Positions 40,954 to 50,390 of a stretch of 64,000 nucleotides of DNA are shown piece by piece. The stretch is from Vicinamibacteria bacterium (GTDB lineage Bacteria > Acidobacteriota > Vicinamibacteria > Marinacidobacterales > Marinacidobacteraceae), in assembly GCA_965199715.1 (NCBI GenBank), contig OZ241322.1, forward strand, positions 256,001 through 320,000. The letters run 5' to 3'. The notes under the pieces are model-generated. The model was not told the DNA's origin. It did no database searches and saw only the letters and a list, made by a program, of their open reading frames with translations. Numbering within the stretch: the stretch's first letter is position 1; every line of letters begins with the position of its first letter. The translations under genes and the position numbers were made by a program.

Positions 40954-42318
40954 TCAGCGGGGCGCACCGGCCTCGCGGATTCGCTCGAGCACCCGGTCCC
41001 GGCGCGCCTCGGCGATTCCGGGACGAAACGCCTCGAGGGTAAGGCGCAGCACCGGCTCGGTGTGCGACGGCCGCAGCGTGAATCGCCAGTCCTCGAAGTC
41101 CATGGTGAGGCCGTCGGTCTCATCGACCGCGCCGTCCGGGAACCCGGCCCGCGCGCCGGCGATCGCCTCGTCCGGGCGGGCGACCCGCACGCTCAGTTCG
41201 TCGAGAGTGAAGAAGCGCTCGCGGAGCGCGTCCGCGAGTTCGGCGAGCGAGCGCCCGGCGGCGCCGACCCGCTCCGCCATGCGGAGGATCGGGAGCAGCG
41301 CGTTGTCGGCGCACCCGGCCGCGCGGAAATAGAAGTGTCCGCTCAGCTCGCCGCCGAAGCAGGCGCCCTCGGCGCGCATCCGCGCCTTCATGAAGGCGTG
41401 GCCGACCCGGTTGGGGCAGGAGCGCCCGCCGGCCGCCCGGATCGCCTCGGGAACGGCCCGGGACGAACGCAGGTCGAAGACGACCGCGCCGCCGGGCGCG
41501 CGCTTCAGTTCCCCCGGAGCCAGCAGCGCGGTCGCGAAATCGCCCGGGACGAACGCTCCCTCCCCGTCCACGAAGGCGCAGCGGTCGGCGTCGCCGTCCC
41601 ACAGAGCGCCGAAATCGGCCCGCTCGGCGCGGACGCGCGCGGCGAGCTGTTCCCGATTCCTCGGATCCAGCGGGTTCGCGCCGTGGTTCGGGAAGGCGCC
41701 GTCCGGAGTGAAGTGCATCGGGATCCACGTCCCCGGGAGCCGCCGGAAGAGCCGCTCGGCCATGAGGCCGCCCATGCCGTTGCCCGCGTCGAGCACGACG
41801 CGCAGCGGCGGGAACGCATCCGGCCGGATCTGCGCCAGCAGGAACTCGACATAGGACTCCGCGACGTCCCGGCGCTCGAGCGGGGCCTCGCCGTCGGCCG
41901 GCGCGCCGGACTCCACGAGTTCCCGGACCTCCGGAAGCCCGTGTTCGGCGAACACCGGGACCGCGTCGCGCGCGACGAGCTTCAGCCCGTTGTCGCCGGG
42001 CGGATTGTGGGACGCGGTGACCATGACCCCGCCCCAGAGCCGATCGCACTGGACCGCGAACCACATCGCGTCGGTCGGGAGGAGGCCGTAGTCGATCACG
42101 GGAACGCCGGCTCGCCGGAGACCGGCGGTCACGGCGCGGGTCAGGTCCGGGCTGGTCCGGCGGGCGTCGCGGGCGATCCCCACCGGGCCGCCGCCGAGCC
42201 AGCGCCCGAAGGCGGTTCCGATCCGTTCGGCGAGCGCCGGCGACAGCGGGACCGGGGACGCGCCCCGGACGTCGTACGCCTTGAAGAGCGCCCTTTCGGC
42301 GGAGCTCAGGGGTCCCAT
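40954..42318 (-). CDS. Phosphomannomutase/phosphoglucomutase
   Basis: FKAYDVRG, TASHNP, DGDADR and GGELSGH. Confidence 0.94.
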   Translation of the reverse strand: MGPLSSAERALFKAYDVRGASPVPLSPALAERIGTAFGRWLGGGPVGIARDARRTSPDLTRAVTAGLRRAGVPVIDYGLLPTDAMWFAVQCDRLWGGVMVTASHNPPGDNGLKLVARDAVPVFAEHGLPEVRELVESGAPADGEAPLERRDVAESYVEFLLAQIRPDAFPPLRVVLDAGNGMGGLMAERLFRRLPGTWIPMHFTPDGAFPNHGANPLDPRNREQLAARVRAERADFGALWDGDADRCAFVDGEGAFVPGDFATALLAPGELKRAPGGAVVFDLRSSRAVPEAIRAAGGRSCPNRVGHAFMKARMRAEGACFGGELSGHFYFRAAGCADNALLPILRMAERVGAAGRSLAELADALRERFFTLDELSVRVARPDEAIAGARAGFPDGAVDETDGLTMDFEDWRFTLRPSHTEPVLRLTLEAFRPGIAEARRDRVLERIREAGAPR

Positions 42319-43367
42319 GGCGCGGCGCTGTCGGCGGCGACGACGCTCTTGTCCCCGAGCGCCGCCCGAAACACCCGCGCGCCGGCGCCGACGAAGACGT
42401 TGGCGCAGAGCACGGATTCGCGGACCGTCGCCGCGGCGCTCACCCGGGCGTCGGCCCACAGGACCGAGTCCTCGACCCTCGCGCCCGCCTCCACCCGGAC
42501 TCGACGGCCGAGCACGGCCCCCGGCCCGATGACCGCGCCCGCGCCGACCCGCGCCTTCGGGCCGAGGAGGCCGGGACCCACGAGGCGGGCCGAGGGATGC
42601 ACGACGGCGGACGGGTCCACGATCATCCCGCCGGGGTTGGGCTTCCTGACGCCGGGCACGCGGACCCGCCCGGCGAGCGCGTCGCGGTGCGCCTGGAGGT
42701 AGCGGGGGACGGTTCCGATGTCGGTGAAGTAGCCGGCGTGCCGGAACGCGGTCACCTTCAGCGGCCCGGCGACCGCCGCCGGAAAGACTTCGGTCTCGAG
42801 CGAGCAGGGCCGCCCGGGCGGGATCAGGTCGAGGACCTCGGGGGTCATGGCGTAGGCCCCGACGCTCACGTCGCCGGCGGCGCCCCGGACCGCGGCCTTC
42901 TCCTTGAAGCCGGCGACCTCGTTCCCCCCGGCGAGGCGGACCGTCCCGTAGGCCGAGGCATCGGGCGCGCGGGTGACCGCGAGCGTGAGCGCCGCGCCGC
43001 TCGCCTCGCGGGCGGCGGCGAGTCCGGCCACGTCGAGGTCGGTCAGCACGTCCCCGTTCAGGCACCAGAACGGTTCGGTCAGCAGCGAGCGGGCGTGGCC
43101 GAGCGCCCCGCCGGTGCCGAGCGGACGATCCTCGATCGACCATGAAACCTGGACCCCGAGACCGGAGCCGTCGCCGAAGGCGGCGGCCATCCGCCGGGGC
43201 CGCGAGGCGTGGCACAGGACGATCTCGACGCATCCGGCGGCGCGCAGCATCTCCATCTGAGCGCGGAGGAAGGGCTGCGCGAGGAGCGGCGTCATCGCCT
43301 TCGGGCGTTCGCTCGTGAGCGGGCGCAGGCGCTCGGCCTTGCCGCCGATCAAGAGGACCGCCTTCAT
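42306..43367 (-). CDS. NDP-sugar pyrophosphorylase (mannose-1-phosphate guanylyltransferase-like) with hexapeptide tail
   Basis: LIGGKAERLRPLT..PK, PLGTGG, LNGDV and DIGT; left-handed beta-helix repeats. Confidence 0.88.
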   Translation of the reverse strand: MKAVLLIGGKAERLRPLTSERPKAMTPLLAQPFLRAQMEMLRAAGCVEIVLCHASRPRRMAAAFGDGSGLGVQVSWSIEDRPLGTGGALGHARSLLTEPFWCLNGDVLTDLDVAGLAAAREASGAALTLAVTRAPDASAYGTVRLAGGNEVAGFKEKAAVRGAAGDVSVGAYAMTPEVLDLIPPGRPCSLETEVFPAAVAGPLKVTAFRHAGYFTDIGTVPRYLQAHRDALAGRVRVPGVRKPNPGGMIVDPSAVVHPSARLVGPGLLGPKARVGAGAVIGPGAVLGRRVRVEAGARVEDSVLWADARVSAAATVRESVLCANVFVGAGARVFRAALGDKSVVAADSAAPWDP

Positions 43368-43488
43368 GGGACCGGCGAATTATCCCCCGACTCCCGCTGA
43401 TAGAGTCTCGCCCGCGCGCGGGAGCGTCCCGCGCCGGCCCCTGGCGAGCGGGGAGGCGCTGGAACGGTCCGTCCGGAACGCGAACAGC

Positions 43489-44022
43489 ATGAACCTCCCG
43501 AACCGGCTGACCGTGGCGCGGGTGGCCCTGACCCCGGTCGTTCCCGCAGTCATGCTCGGCGACTGGCCCGGCTGGCAGGTCGCGTCGATCCTGCTGATCA
43601 GCTTCCTCGCGCTCACCGACCTCCTCGACGGCTGGCTGGCGCGCCGATGGAACCAGATCACGCCGCTCGGCGTGCTGCTCGACCCCATCGCGGACAAGTT
43701 CTTCATTTCGACGGTCTTCATCTGTCTCGTCGCCCGGGGGCTGTGTCCGGCCTGGGTGGCCATCGCGATCATCGGGCGCGAGTTCGCGGTCACCGCGGTG
43801 CGGATGATCGCCCTCGAGAAGGGGGGCAGCGTTCCGGTGAGCTCTGTCGGGAAGGCCAAGATGCACGTCCAGGTGTACGCCGTCGTGCTCGTGCTGCTCG
43901 GCGCCTGGATTCCGTCGCTCGCCCCCCTCGGCGCGCCCGGGCTCTGGCTCGCGACCGCTATCACCCTCTGGTCGGGGTTCGTCTATGTCCGGCGCGGCCG
44001 GCGCTTCTACGCGGCGAGCTGA
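43489..44022 (+). CDS. pgsA: CDP-diacylglycerol--glycerol-3-phosphate phosphatidyltransferase
   Basis: MNLPNRLT, DLLDGWLARR...G..LDPIADK, REFAVT and GKAKM. Confidence 0.88.
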   Translation: MNLPNRLTVARVALTPVVPAVMLGDWPGWQVASILLISFLALTDLLDGWLARRWNQITPLGVLLDPIADKFFISTVFICLVARGLCPAWVAIAIIGREFAVTAVRMIALEKGGSVPVSSVGKAKMHVQVYAVVLVLLGAWIPSLAPLGAPGLWLATAITLWSGFVYVRRGRRFYAAS

Positions 44023-44044
44023 ACCCGGGCCGACGCGGCGCCGG

Positions 44045-44404
44045 GTGTTCCGGAGGCCGCCGGAGGTCTTTCTCGGGTCCGACGCGCTCGCCGCGCTCGA
44101 CGGGACCGAGGGTCTGCTGCTCGGAGAGAAGCGCCACCGGCAGGTGGACGTGTTCGGCCTGCTGCCCGTGGCCGGCGGCCCCGACGCGCTCGCCGCCGCG
44201 CGGTTCGACGGCGACCGGGACACGACGTGGCCGGTCGTGGGCGTGGCCGTCGCGGACGACGCCCTGCCGGCCGCGGGGGAGCGCCTGCTGGACGGACTGG
44301 TCGCGGGCGACCTGGTGGTGGTGGGCGCGGCCCGTGAGGCCTACGCGCACAACGGCGAGAGCCTGACCCCGTGTTCCGTCGCGGGACGGCGGCCGAGGAC
44401 CTGA
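44045..44404 (+). CDS. Hypothetical protein, possibly a degenerate MPN/JAB-like fold
   Basis: Fills the gap between pgsA and bamD with host-like codon usage; EGLLLG...WPVVG; start uncertain. Confidence 0.5.
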   Translation: MFRRPPEVFLGSDALAALDGTEGLLLGEKRHRQVDVFGLLPVAGGPDALAAARFDGDRDTTWPVVGVAVADDALPAAGERLLDGLVAGDLVVVGAAREAYAHNGESLTPCSVAGRRPRT

Positions 44405-44405
44405 C

Positions 44406-45182
44406 TCAGGGCTCGCGCTTGGCGAGGAGGGCCCGGATCCGCTCCCGGGCGTCGGCGGCGAACGCGCTGTCCGGGGTCTCCTCCACGACGTTCTGGTAGT
44501 GGACGAGCGCTTCGGGCTCGCGTCCGCAGTCGCTCAGCGCCTGTCCGAGGCGCATGCGGGTCTCGTCGGCGCGGGTGAAGTTCGGCCAAGTCGCGAGGAT
44601 CTCCTCGAGGCGCGGGATCGCCCCCCGGCACCAGCGGCGCTGGTCTTGGTAGAACTCGGCGATCTGCAGGGTGGCCTCGGCGAGCTCGTCCTCGCACTCG
44701 ACCACGTATCCGCGGGCCTCCTCGGCGTAGCGCGAGTTGGGATAGAGCTCGAGCAGCTTGCGGAACTCCTCCACCGCGAGGCGGGTGTCTTCCTGATCGC
44801 GGTCGGCGCCCCGGCGCCGGCGGTAGTGCCCGAAGGCGATCCGGTATTGGGCGTAGTCGGCGCGGGGGTGGTTCGGGAAGAACGTGAGGTAGTCGCGAAA
44901 CTCGGTGGCCGCGAGCAGGGCGTTCTGGGCGCCGCGCTGTTCGTAATAGGTGTCGGCGATGCCGAGCCGGGCGTCGCCGGCGAACTGGCTGCGGGGGTAG
45001 CTGTCGAGAAGCTGGCGGAAGTACGTTCGGGCGGTTTCCCAGTCGCGGCCGTCGAGCGCCTCCTGACCGAGCGCCAGCAGCCGCCGGTCGGCCTGGGCCC
45101 CGTCGGGCACGGCGGTGATCTGGCGTCCCCCGCAGCCGCCGGCCAGCAGGACGGCGAGGAGGCACCAACCGGAAAAGCGCAT
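44406..45182 (-). CDS. bamD: Outer membrane protein assembly lipoprotein BamD
   Basis: Lipobox LAGGC; TPRs; FPNHPRADYAQY, DRDQEDT and YPNSRY. Confidence 0.9.
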   Translation of the reverse strand: MRFSGWCLLAVLLAGGCGGRQITAVPDGAQADRRLLALGQEALDGRDWETARTYFRQLLDSYPRSQFAGDARLGIADTYYEQRGAQNALLAATEFRDYLTFFPNHPRADYAQYRIAFGHYRRRRGADRDQEDTRLAVEEFRKLLELYPNSRYAEEARGYVVECEDELAEATLQIAEFYQDQRRWCRGAIPRLEEILATWPNFTRADETRMRLGQALSDCGREPEALVHYQNVVEETPDSAFAADARERIRALLAKREP

Positions 45183-45216
45183 GCGCCGCGCGAATGCTAG
45201 CAACGGACCGGCGTTC

Positions 45217-45861
45217 TCAGGCGGCGCGCATCGCCCGGACGACCGCCGCCGGATCGAGAGCGCCGAAGATGGCCGAGCCGGCGACGGCGACGTCGGCCCC
45301 CGCCGCCCGCGCCGCCGGAATGCGGGCCGGGTTCATGCCGCCATCGACGGTGATCGAGTAGCCGGGGCGCACCCGGTCCGCGATCTCCCGGACGCGGCGC
45401 ACCCGCTCGAAGCTGCCCTCGATGAAGGCCTGGCCGCCCCAGCCGGGGTTCACCGACATGACCACCGCGTAGTCGGAGGCGGCGATGGCCTCCGCCAGCG
45501 TCGCGAGCGGGGTCAGCGGGTTGATCGCGATCCCCGGGCGGGCGCCGGCGCGGCGGACGTCGTCGAGCGCCTTATGGAGATGGTCCACCGTCTCGGGATG
45601 GATCGCGACGTCGTTCGCGCCGGCGTCCACGTACGCCCCAAGGGACTCGTGAGGGTTCCGGATCATCAGGTGCGCTTCCAGCGGAAGCTCGGTGAGCGCG
45701 CGCACCGCCCGGATCACCATGGGTCCGAAGGTCAGGTTCGGAACGTAGTGGCCGTCCATCACGTCGAGGTGGAGCTGGTCGGCTCCGGCGGCCTCGACGA
45801 GAGCGACTTGGCCCCGCAGGTCGGAAAAGTCCGCCGAGAGCAGGGAAGGGGCGATCCGCAC
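45217..45861 (-). CDS. rpe: Ribulose-phosphate 3-epimerase
   Basis: IAPSLLSADF, HLDVMDGHYVPN, MSVNPG, VDGG and AGSAIF. Confidence 0.96.
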   Translation of the reverse strand: MRIAPSLLSADFSDLRGQVALVEAAGADQLHLDVMDGHYVPNLTFGPMVIRAVRALTELPLEAHLMIRNPHESLGAYVDAGANDVAIHPETVDHLHKALDDVRRAGARPGIAINPLTPLATLAEAIAASDYAVVMSVNPGWGGQAFIEGSFERVRRVREIADRVRPGYSITVDGGMNPARIPAARAAGADVAVAGSAIFGALDPAAVVRAMRAA

Positions 45862-45863
45862 GG

Positions 45864-46628
45864 CTATCGGCTGAGAGTGAGCACGATCCGGTCGGCCCGC
45901 GTGACCCGCGCTCCGGCCCGGGGGGCCTGATCGACGACGGTCCCTCGCGGCACGCCCGGGTAGCGTACGTTGCGAACCTCGCCGACGCGGACCGAGGCGC
46001 GGCTGAGCGCGTCGGCGAGTTCCCCGTAGGCGCGGCCGATGAAGTCCGGCATCAGGTACGACTCGCTCTCGGAGCCCGCCGAGAGCAGCAGCGACACCTC
46101 GGTGCCGGGGATGGCCTCGGCGTAGGCCACCGGCGACTGGGCGATCACCCGGCCGGCGATGTAGAAATCGTCGGGAACCTCGGCGATCCGGCCGATCCGG
46201 AACCCTTCGGCCTCCAGTTGGCGGCGGGCGGCGATGAGGTTCTCGCCCTCGAGGCGGGGCACCATGGAGCGCGTGGGGCCGAGGCTGAGGAACACCCGCA
46301 CCGAGCGTCCCCGCTTGAAGGCGACTCCGGCGCGCGGCTCCTGGCGAGCGACTTGGCCCGCGGGAACCCGGTCGTCGAAGACGTTTCCCGCTTGGGAGAT
46401 GCGGAGCCCGGTGCCCGCCAGCACCCGCTCGGCGGTCGCGGGATCGAGGCCCTCGACGCTCGGGACCGGCGGGTTCGAGGTGCCCGACGCGAGGAGGAGC
46501 GCGATCGCCGCCGACAGGACGAAGGTCGCGCCGAGTCCGACGACGATGAGCGCCGCGTCGAACGCCCGCGAAACCCGCGACTTGTCCGGCAGGCTGCGCA
46601 CGAGCCGCATCCGCACGCCGCGCTTCAT
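45864..46628 (-). CDS. Single-TM protein with three PASTA domains
   Basis: TM helix followed by VPSVEG..QEP, VPRLEG..QSP and MPDFIG..QAP repeats. Confidence 0.9.
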   Translation of the reverse strand: MKRGVRMRLVRSLPDKSRVSRAFDAALIVVGLGATFVLSAAIALLLASGTSNPPVPSVEGLDPATAERVLAGTGLRISQAGNVFDDRVPAGQVARQEPRAGVAFKRGRSVRVFLSLGPTRSMVPRLEGENLIAARRQLEAEGFRIGRIAEVPDDFYIAGRVIAQSPVAYAEAIPGTEVSLLLSAGSESESYLMPDFIGRAYGELADALSRASVRVGEVRNVRYPGVPRGTVVDQAPRAGARVTRADRIVLTLSR

Positions 46629-46638
46629 GACGCGAATT

Positions 46639-47988
46639 CTAGGCCAGCGGGCGCCGCATGAGCGCGGCGAAGTAGCCGTCGGTCTCCGATTCCTCCGGGA
46701 GGATCCGCAGCGCGCCGGCCCCGTCCCGGAAGCGGGAGACCGATTCGGGAAGCCCGGGACCGAGCGGAACGGTTTCGAGCGCGTCCGGGCCTTCCGCGAG
46801 CGCCCGGACCAAGTCGCCCGTCTCCTCGGGATCGAGCGAACAGACCGAATAGAGCAGGAGGCCCCCCGGGCGCAGCAGGCCGGCCGCCGCGCGGGCCAGC
46901 CGCAGTTCGGTCCGGGCGAGCCGGGAGACCCGCTTGGGAGAAGAGTTCCACTTCAGGTCGGGATTGCGGGCGAGCGTCCCGAGGCCGCTGCACGGCGCGT
47001 CCAGCAGGATCCGGTCGAAGGAGCGCGGCGGAAACGGCGGACGCCCCGCGTCGGCGCTCACGAAGGAGAGGTTCTCGACCCCGAGCCGGCCAGCGATGCG
47101 CCGCAGCAGTTCGACGCGGTGGGGCCGGAGGTCGGCGGCGACGGCCCGTTGCGGATGGAGCCGCTCGGCGAGGATCCCTGCCTTGCCGCCGGGCGCGGCG
47201 CAGGCGTCCAGCACCCGTTTCGCGCCGGCGAGGGGGAGCAGCCACGCGATGAGCTGCGAGCCGGCGTCCTGGATGTGGACCAGGCCGTCGCGGTGCGCCG
47301 CCGCCCGGAACGGCGCACCCGACTGGACGGCGAGGCAGCGCGGCGCCATCGAGAACGGGCGCGTGCGGACCCCGTCGGCGAGAAGGCGCTCCTGCGCCTC
47401 GGCCGGCTCGACGCGCCTGCTGACCCGAAGGAAGGACCGCGGGACGCGGTTGTTCGCCTCCATCCGGGCGATCGCCCCGGCCTCGCCCAGCTCGGCGACG
47501 AACCGGTCCACCATCCAGTCGGGATGGGACAGGCCGACGCGGAGCCACAGTCGCGGGTCGCCTCCCGGGCGCGGCCACGGAAAGTCGCTGCGCAGGTAGG
47601 CGCGGAGGATCGCGTTCACCATGCGGTCCGCGCCGGGCCGGGCGACCTCGCGGGCCAGCCCCACGGTCTCGTGGACGGCGGCGTGGGGCGGAATCCGGGT
47701 CAGCATCCGGAGCTGGTAGAGGCCCATGCGCAGCAACACCAGCAGCGCCGGGTCCAGACCGGCCAGCGGGCGCCGGGCGAATCCGTCGAGCGCGTGGTCG
47801 AGCGCGCGGCGCTGCCTCAGCACGCCGAACGCCAGCTCGCGGGCCAGCGCGCGGTCGGCCTCGCTCGCTCCGGACTCGAAGCGGGCCAGCAGCGAATCGG
47901 GAGTCGCGGAGCGCGTCCGGCGCCGGAGGCCGGCCTCGACCTCGCGCAGCACCCGGAACGCGAGCAGGCGCGCCGGCTGTGCGCTCAC
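46639..47988 (-). CDS. rsmB: 16S rRNA m5C967 methyltransferase (Sun)
   Basis: NusB-like N-terminus (VNAILR), IQD, DACAAPGGK, DAPCSGLG and YSVCS. Confidence 0.94.
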   Translation of the reverse strand: MSAQPARLLAFRVLREVEAGLRRRTRSATPDSLLARFESGASEADRALARELAFGVLRQRRALDHALDGFARRPLAGLDPALLVLLRMGLYQLRMLTRIPPHAAVHETVGLAREVARPGADRMVNAILRAYLRSDFPWPRPGGDPRLWLRVGLSHPDWMVDRFVAELGEAGAIARMEANNRVPRSFLRVSRRVEPAEAQERLLADGVRTRPFSMAPRCLAVQSGAPFRAAAHRDGLVHIQDAGSQLIAWLLPLAGAKRVLDACAAPGGKAGILAERLHPQRAVAADLRPHRVELLRRIAGRLGVENLSFVSADAGRPPFPPRSFDRILLDAPCSGLGTLARNPDLKWNSSPKRVSRLARTELRLARAAAGLLRPGGLLLYSVCSLDPEETGDLVRALAEGPDALETVPLGPGLPESVSRFRDGAGALRILPEESETDGYFAALMRRPLA

Positions 47989-48845
47989 CCTCGGCCGCGC
48001 CGTTCGAGAATCCGCGCCAGCGCGCCCGGATCGTCGGTGAGGACGCCGCCGGCCCCGAGGTCGAGGAGGCGCTCCATGTCTTCCGGGTCGTTGACGGTCC
48101 ACACGACCACGGGAAGCCCGCGCCGCCGGGCGGCGGCGAGGAAGCGCGGGGTCACGACCCGGACGAAGCCCAACCGCTCGGGCACGAGCAGGGCCTTGCC
48201 CTCGATCTCGACGAGGCCCGACAGGTAGAGGCGCGAGGCGAGGAGGAAGAGCGCGACCTCGGACATGGACGCGACCGTGGGCGTCTCTGGACAGTGGGAC
48301 CGGAAGCGGCAGAGCAGCCCGCCGTCGAACGCGGCGGCGAGCGTGATCGCGGTCCGGTCCGCGGCCCGCAGCTCGGCGCAGAGCGGGGCCATCGTCTCCG
48401 GCGTCTTCATCTCGATGACCATGCGCCGACCGGGGTGCGCCTCAAGGACCTCCCGCAGCGTCGGGACCGGGATCTTCGCGGCGCCCGGCGGCGCGGCGCT
48501 CCATTCGCGAAGCTCCTCGAGCGTCATCGAGTCCACCCGGCCAGTCCCGTCGGTTGTGCGGTCCACGGTGGGGTCGTGGATGACGACCGGGACGTCGTCG
48601 GCGGTGAGGTGGACGTCGAACTCCAGCACGTCCGCGCCGACTTCGACCGCGGCCCGGAACGCCGGGAGCGTGGCTTCCGGCGCCTCCACGTTCCCGCCCC
48701 GATGCGCCATGTTGGGAGCGGGCGCGGCGAAGAACGGATGGGGCGCGACCGGGGGGCGGGACCCGGACCACGCGGCGAGTCCGCCCCAGACGACGGCGAG
48801 GAACGCGAGCCCCCAGAGGAACGCTCGAAGGAGCCGGCGGATCAC
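47985..48845 (-). CDS. Glycerophosphodiester phosphodiesterase, membrane-anchored
   Basis: AHRGG, EFDVHLTAD, HDPTVDRTT, IEMK, WTVN and LTDDP. Confidence 0.92.
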   Translation of the reverse strand: MIRRLLRAFLWGLAFLAVVWGGLAAWSGSRPPVAPHPFFAAPAPNMAHRGGNVEAPEATLPAFRAAVEVGADVLEFDVHLTADDVPVVIHDPTVDRTTDGTGRVDSMTLEELREWSAAPPGAAKIPVPTLREVLEAHPGRRMVIEMKTPETMAPLCAELRAADRTAITLAAAFDGGLLCRFRSHCPETPTVASMSEVALFLLASRLYLSGLVEIEGKALLVPERLGFVRVVTPRFLAAARRRGLPVVVWTVNDPEDMERLLDLGAGGVLTDDPGALARILERRGRG

Positions 48846-49822
48846 GAGGCCTCCCATCCGAGCGCGGCGACGGCGGCGTCCTTGTCGAGAAAGCTCCCGC
48901 CCGCGGGCAACAGCCGCCCCCGCACCGCGTCCGCCGCGCTCATGCGGCGCGAACCGGGAAGCTGCACCTCGACGAGCCGCAGCCCGGTCCCGTCGCCGCA
49001 TCCGACCACGAGGTCGGGACGGCGCGCCGAGCCCGTGTTGCGGAAGTCTCCCGGCGGCGGCGCGTCGCCCCCCGGAACCGCCTGGTGCACGCGGATCCGT
49101 CCGCCGTCGAGGGCAGTCACCGCCGGCGCGAAGGCGCGCACCCGGTTCGCGAGCTCCTCGGCCGGCCGCCGCCAGTCGAGCACGGCGTCGGCGCGGACGA
49201 CCCGGGGCGCGAGCGTGGCCCGTGAATCGTCCTGCGGCGCGGGCCGGAGCGTTCCGTCGGCGAGGTCCCCGAGCGTTCGCAGCAGCAGCGCCGCGCCGAT
49301 CGGGGCGAGCCGCGCGAGAAGGCGTTCGGCGGTCTCGCCGGGTTCGATGTCCACGGCCTCCTGGAGCAGCACCGGTCCGGTGTCGAGCTTGGCGTCCATG
49401 AGCATGGTGCTCACTCCCGTGCGCTCGTACCCCCGGGCCACGGCCCAGACGGCGGGCGCCGCGCCCCGCAGCTCGGGAAGCAGCGAGGCGTGCACGTTGA
49501 CGGCCCCGAGGCGGGGCGCCCGGAGCAGCGACGCGGGGAGGATCTGGCCGTAGTCGGCGACCACGAAGCAGTCCGCCGCGAGTTCCGCGATTCCCGCCGC
49601 GGCGGCCCGCCGGCGGAGGCGGGGCGGCTGTCGGACCGGAATTCCGTGCTCGTCCGCGAGCCGCGCGACGGGGCTTCGGGCGAGCCTCTTGCCGCGCCCG
49701 GCGGGCCGATCCGGCTGGGTGACCGCCGCGAGCACCCGGTGCTCGGCGAGGAGTGCCCGGAACGTCGGAACGGCGAACGAGGAGGTCCCCAAGAAGACGG
49801 CCTTCAGCGGCGTCGCGCTCAT
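48842..49822 (-). CDS. fmt: Methionyl-tRNA formyltransferase
   Basis: VTQPDRPAGRG, YGQIL, NVHASLLP..RGAAP and LDTGP. Confidence 0.95.
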   Translation of the reverse strand: MSATPLKAVFLGTSSFAVPTFRALLAEHRVLAAVTQPDRPAGRGKRLARSPVARLADEHGIPVRQPPRLRRRAAAAGIAELAADCFVVADYGQILPASLLRAPRLGAVNVHASLLPELRGAAPAVWAVARGYERTGVSTMLMDAKLDTGPVLLQEAVDIEPGETAERLLARLAPIGAALLLRTLGDLADGTLRPAPQDDSRATLAPRVVRADAVLDWRRPAEELANRVRAFAPAVTALDGGRIRVHQAVPGGDAPPPGDFRNTGSARRPDLVVGCGDGTGLRLVEVQLPGSRRMSAADAVRGRLLPAGGSFLDKDAAVAALGWEAS

Positions 49823-49837
49823 CCCCGGGTGGCGGCC

Positions 49838-50350
49838 CTACCAGTCGCCCCGGCGCATCCGGCGGCGGATCTTGCGCCCGATCAGGTCGCGCTTGAGGGC
49901 GCCCAGCCGGTCGAGGAACAGCCTGCCGTTCACGTGGTCGATCTCGTGCGCGAAGGCGCGGGCGAGGAGACCCTCGCCCTCCGCCTCGAAGGGTTCGCCG
50001 TGGATGTCCGTGCCGCGGACCCGCAACCACGCCGGACGCCGGGTGACCCCGGAATAGCCGGGCACCGAGAGACACCCCTCCTCCTCGTGCTGGACGCCCT
50101 CGGACGCGAGGATCTCGGGGTTGGCCATCACGATGAGGCTGTCCGGCTTCTCGCCAACGGTGACATCGATCACGATGAGCCGCAGCGGGATCCCGATCTG
50201 GGGCGCCGCCAGCCCGACTCCGGGTGCGGCGTACATGGTCTGGACCATGTCCTGGACCAGCGGGGCCCAGTCGCGGCTGAAATCCTCGACCGGCGCCGAA
50301 GGATTCACGAGCACGCCGGCCCCGTAGCGAAGGATCGGCAGGACCGGCAC
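49838..50350 (-). CDS. def: Peptide deformylase
   Basis: GVGLAAPQ, EGCLS and HEIDH; GTG start 8 nt after TAGAAT. Confidence 0.95.
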   Translation of the reverse strand: MPVLPILRYGAGVLVNPSAPVEDFSRDWAPLVQDMVQTMYAAPGVGLAAPQIGIPLRLIVIDVTVGEKPDSLIVMANPEILASEGVQHEEEGCLSVPGYSGVTRRPAWLRVRGTDIHGEPFEAEGEGLLARAFAHEIDHVNGRLFLDRLGALKRDLIGRKIRRRMRRGDW

Positions 50351-50390
50351 GGGGCGCGATTCTATTCCGGGCGGTACGATGCGACGGCTC
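50351..50390. promoter_or_regulatory. Bidirectional promoter between def and copA
   Basis: Minus TAGAAT at 50359-50364; plus TACGAT at 50375-50380. Confidence 0.55.
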
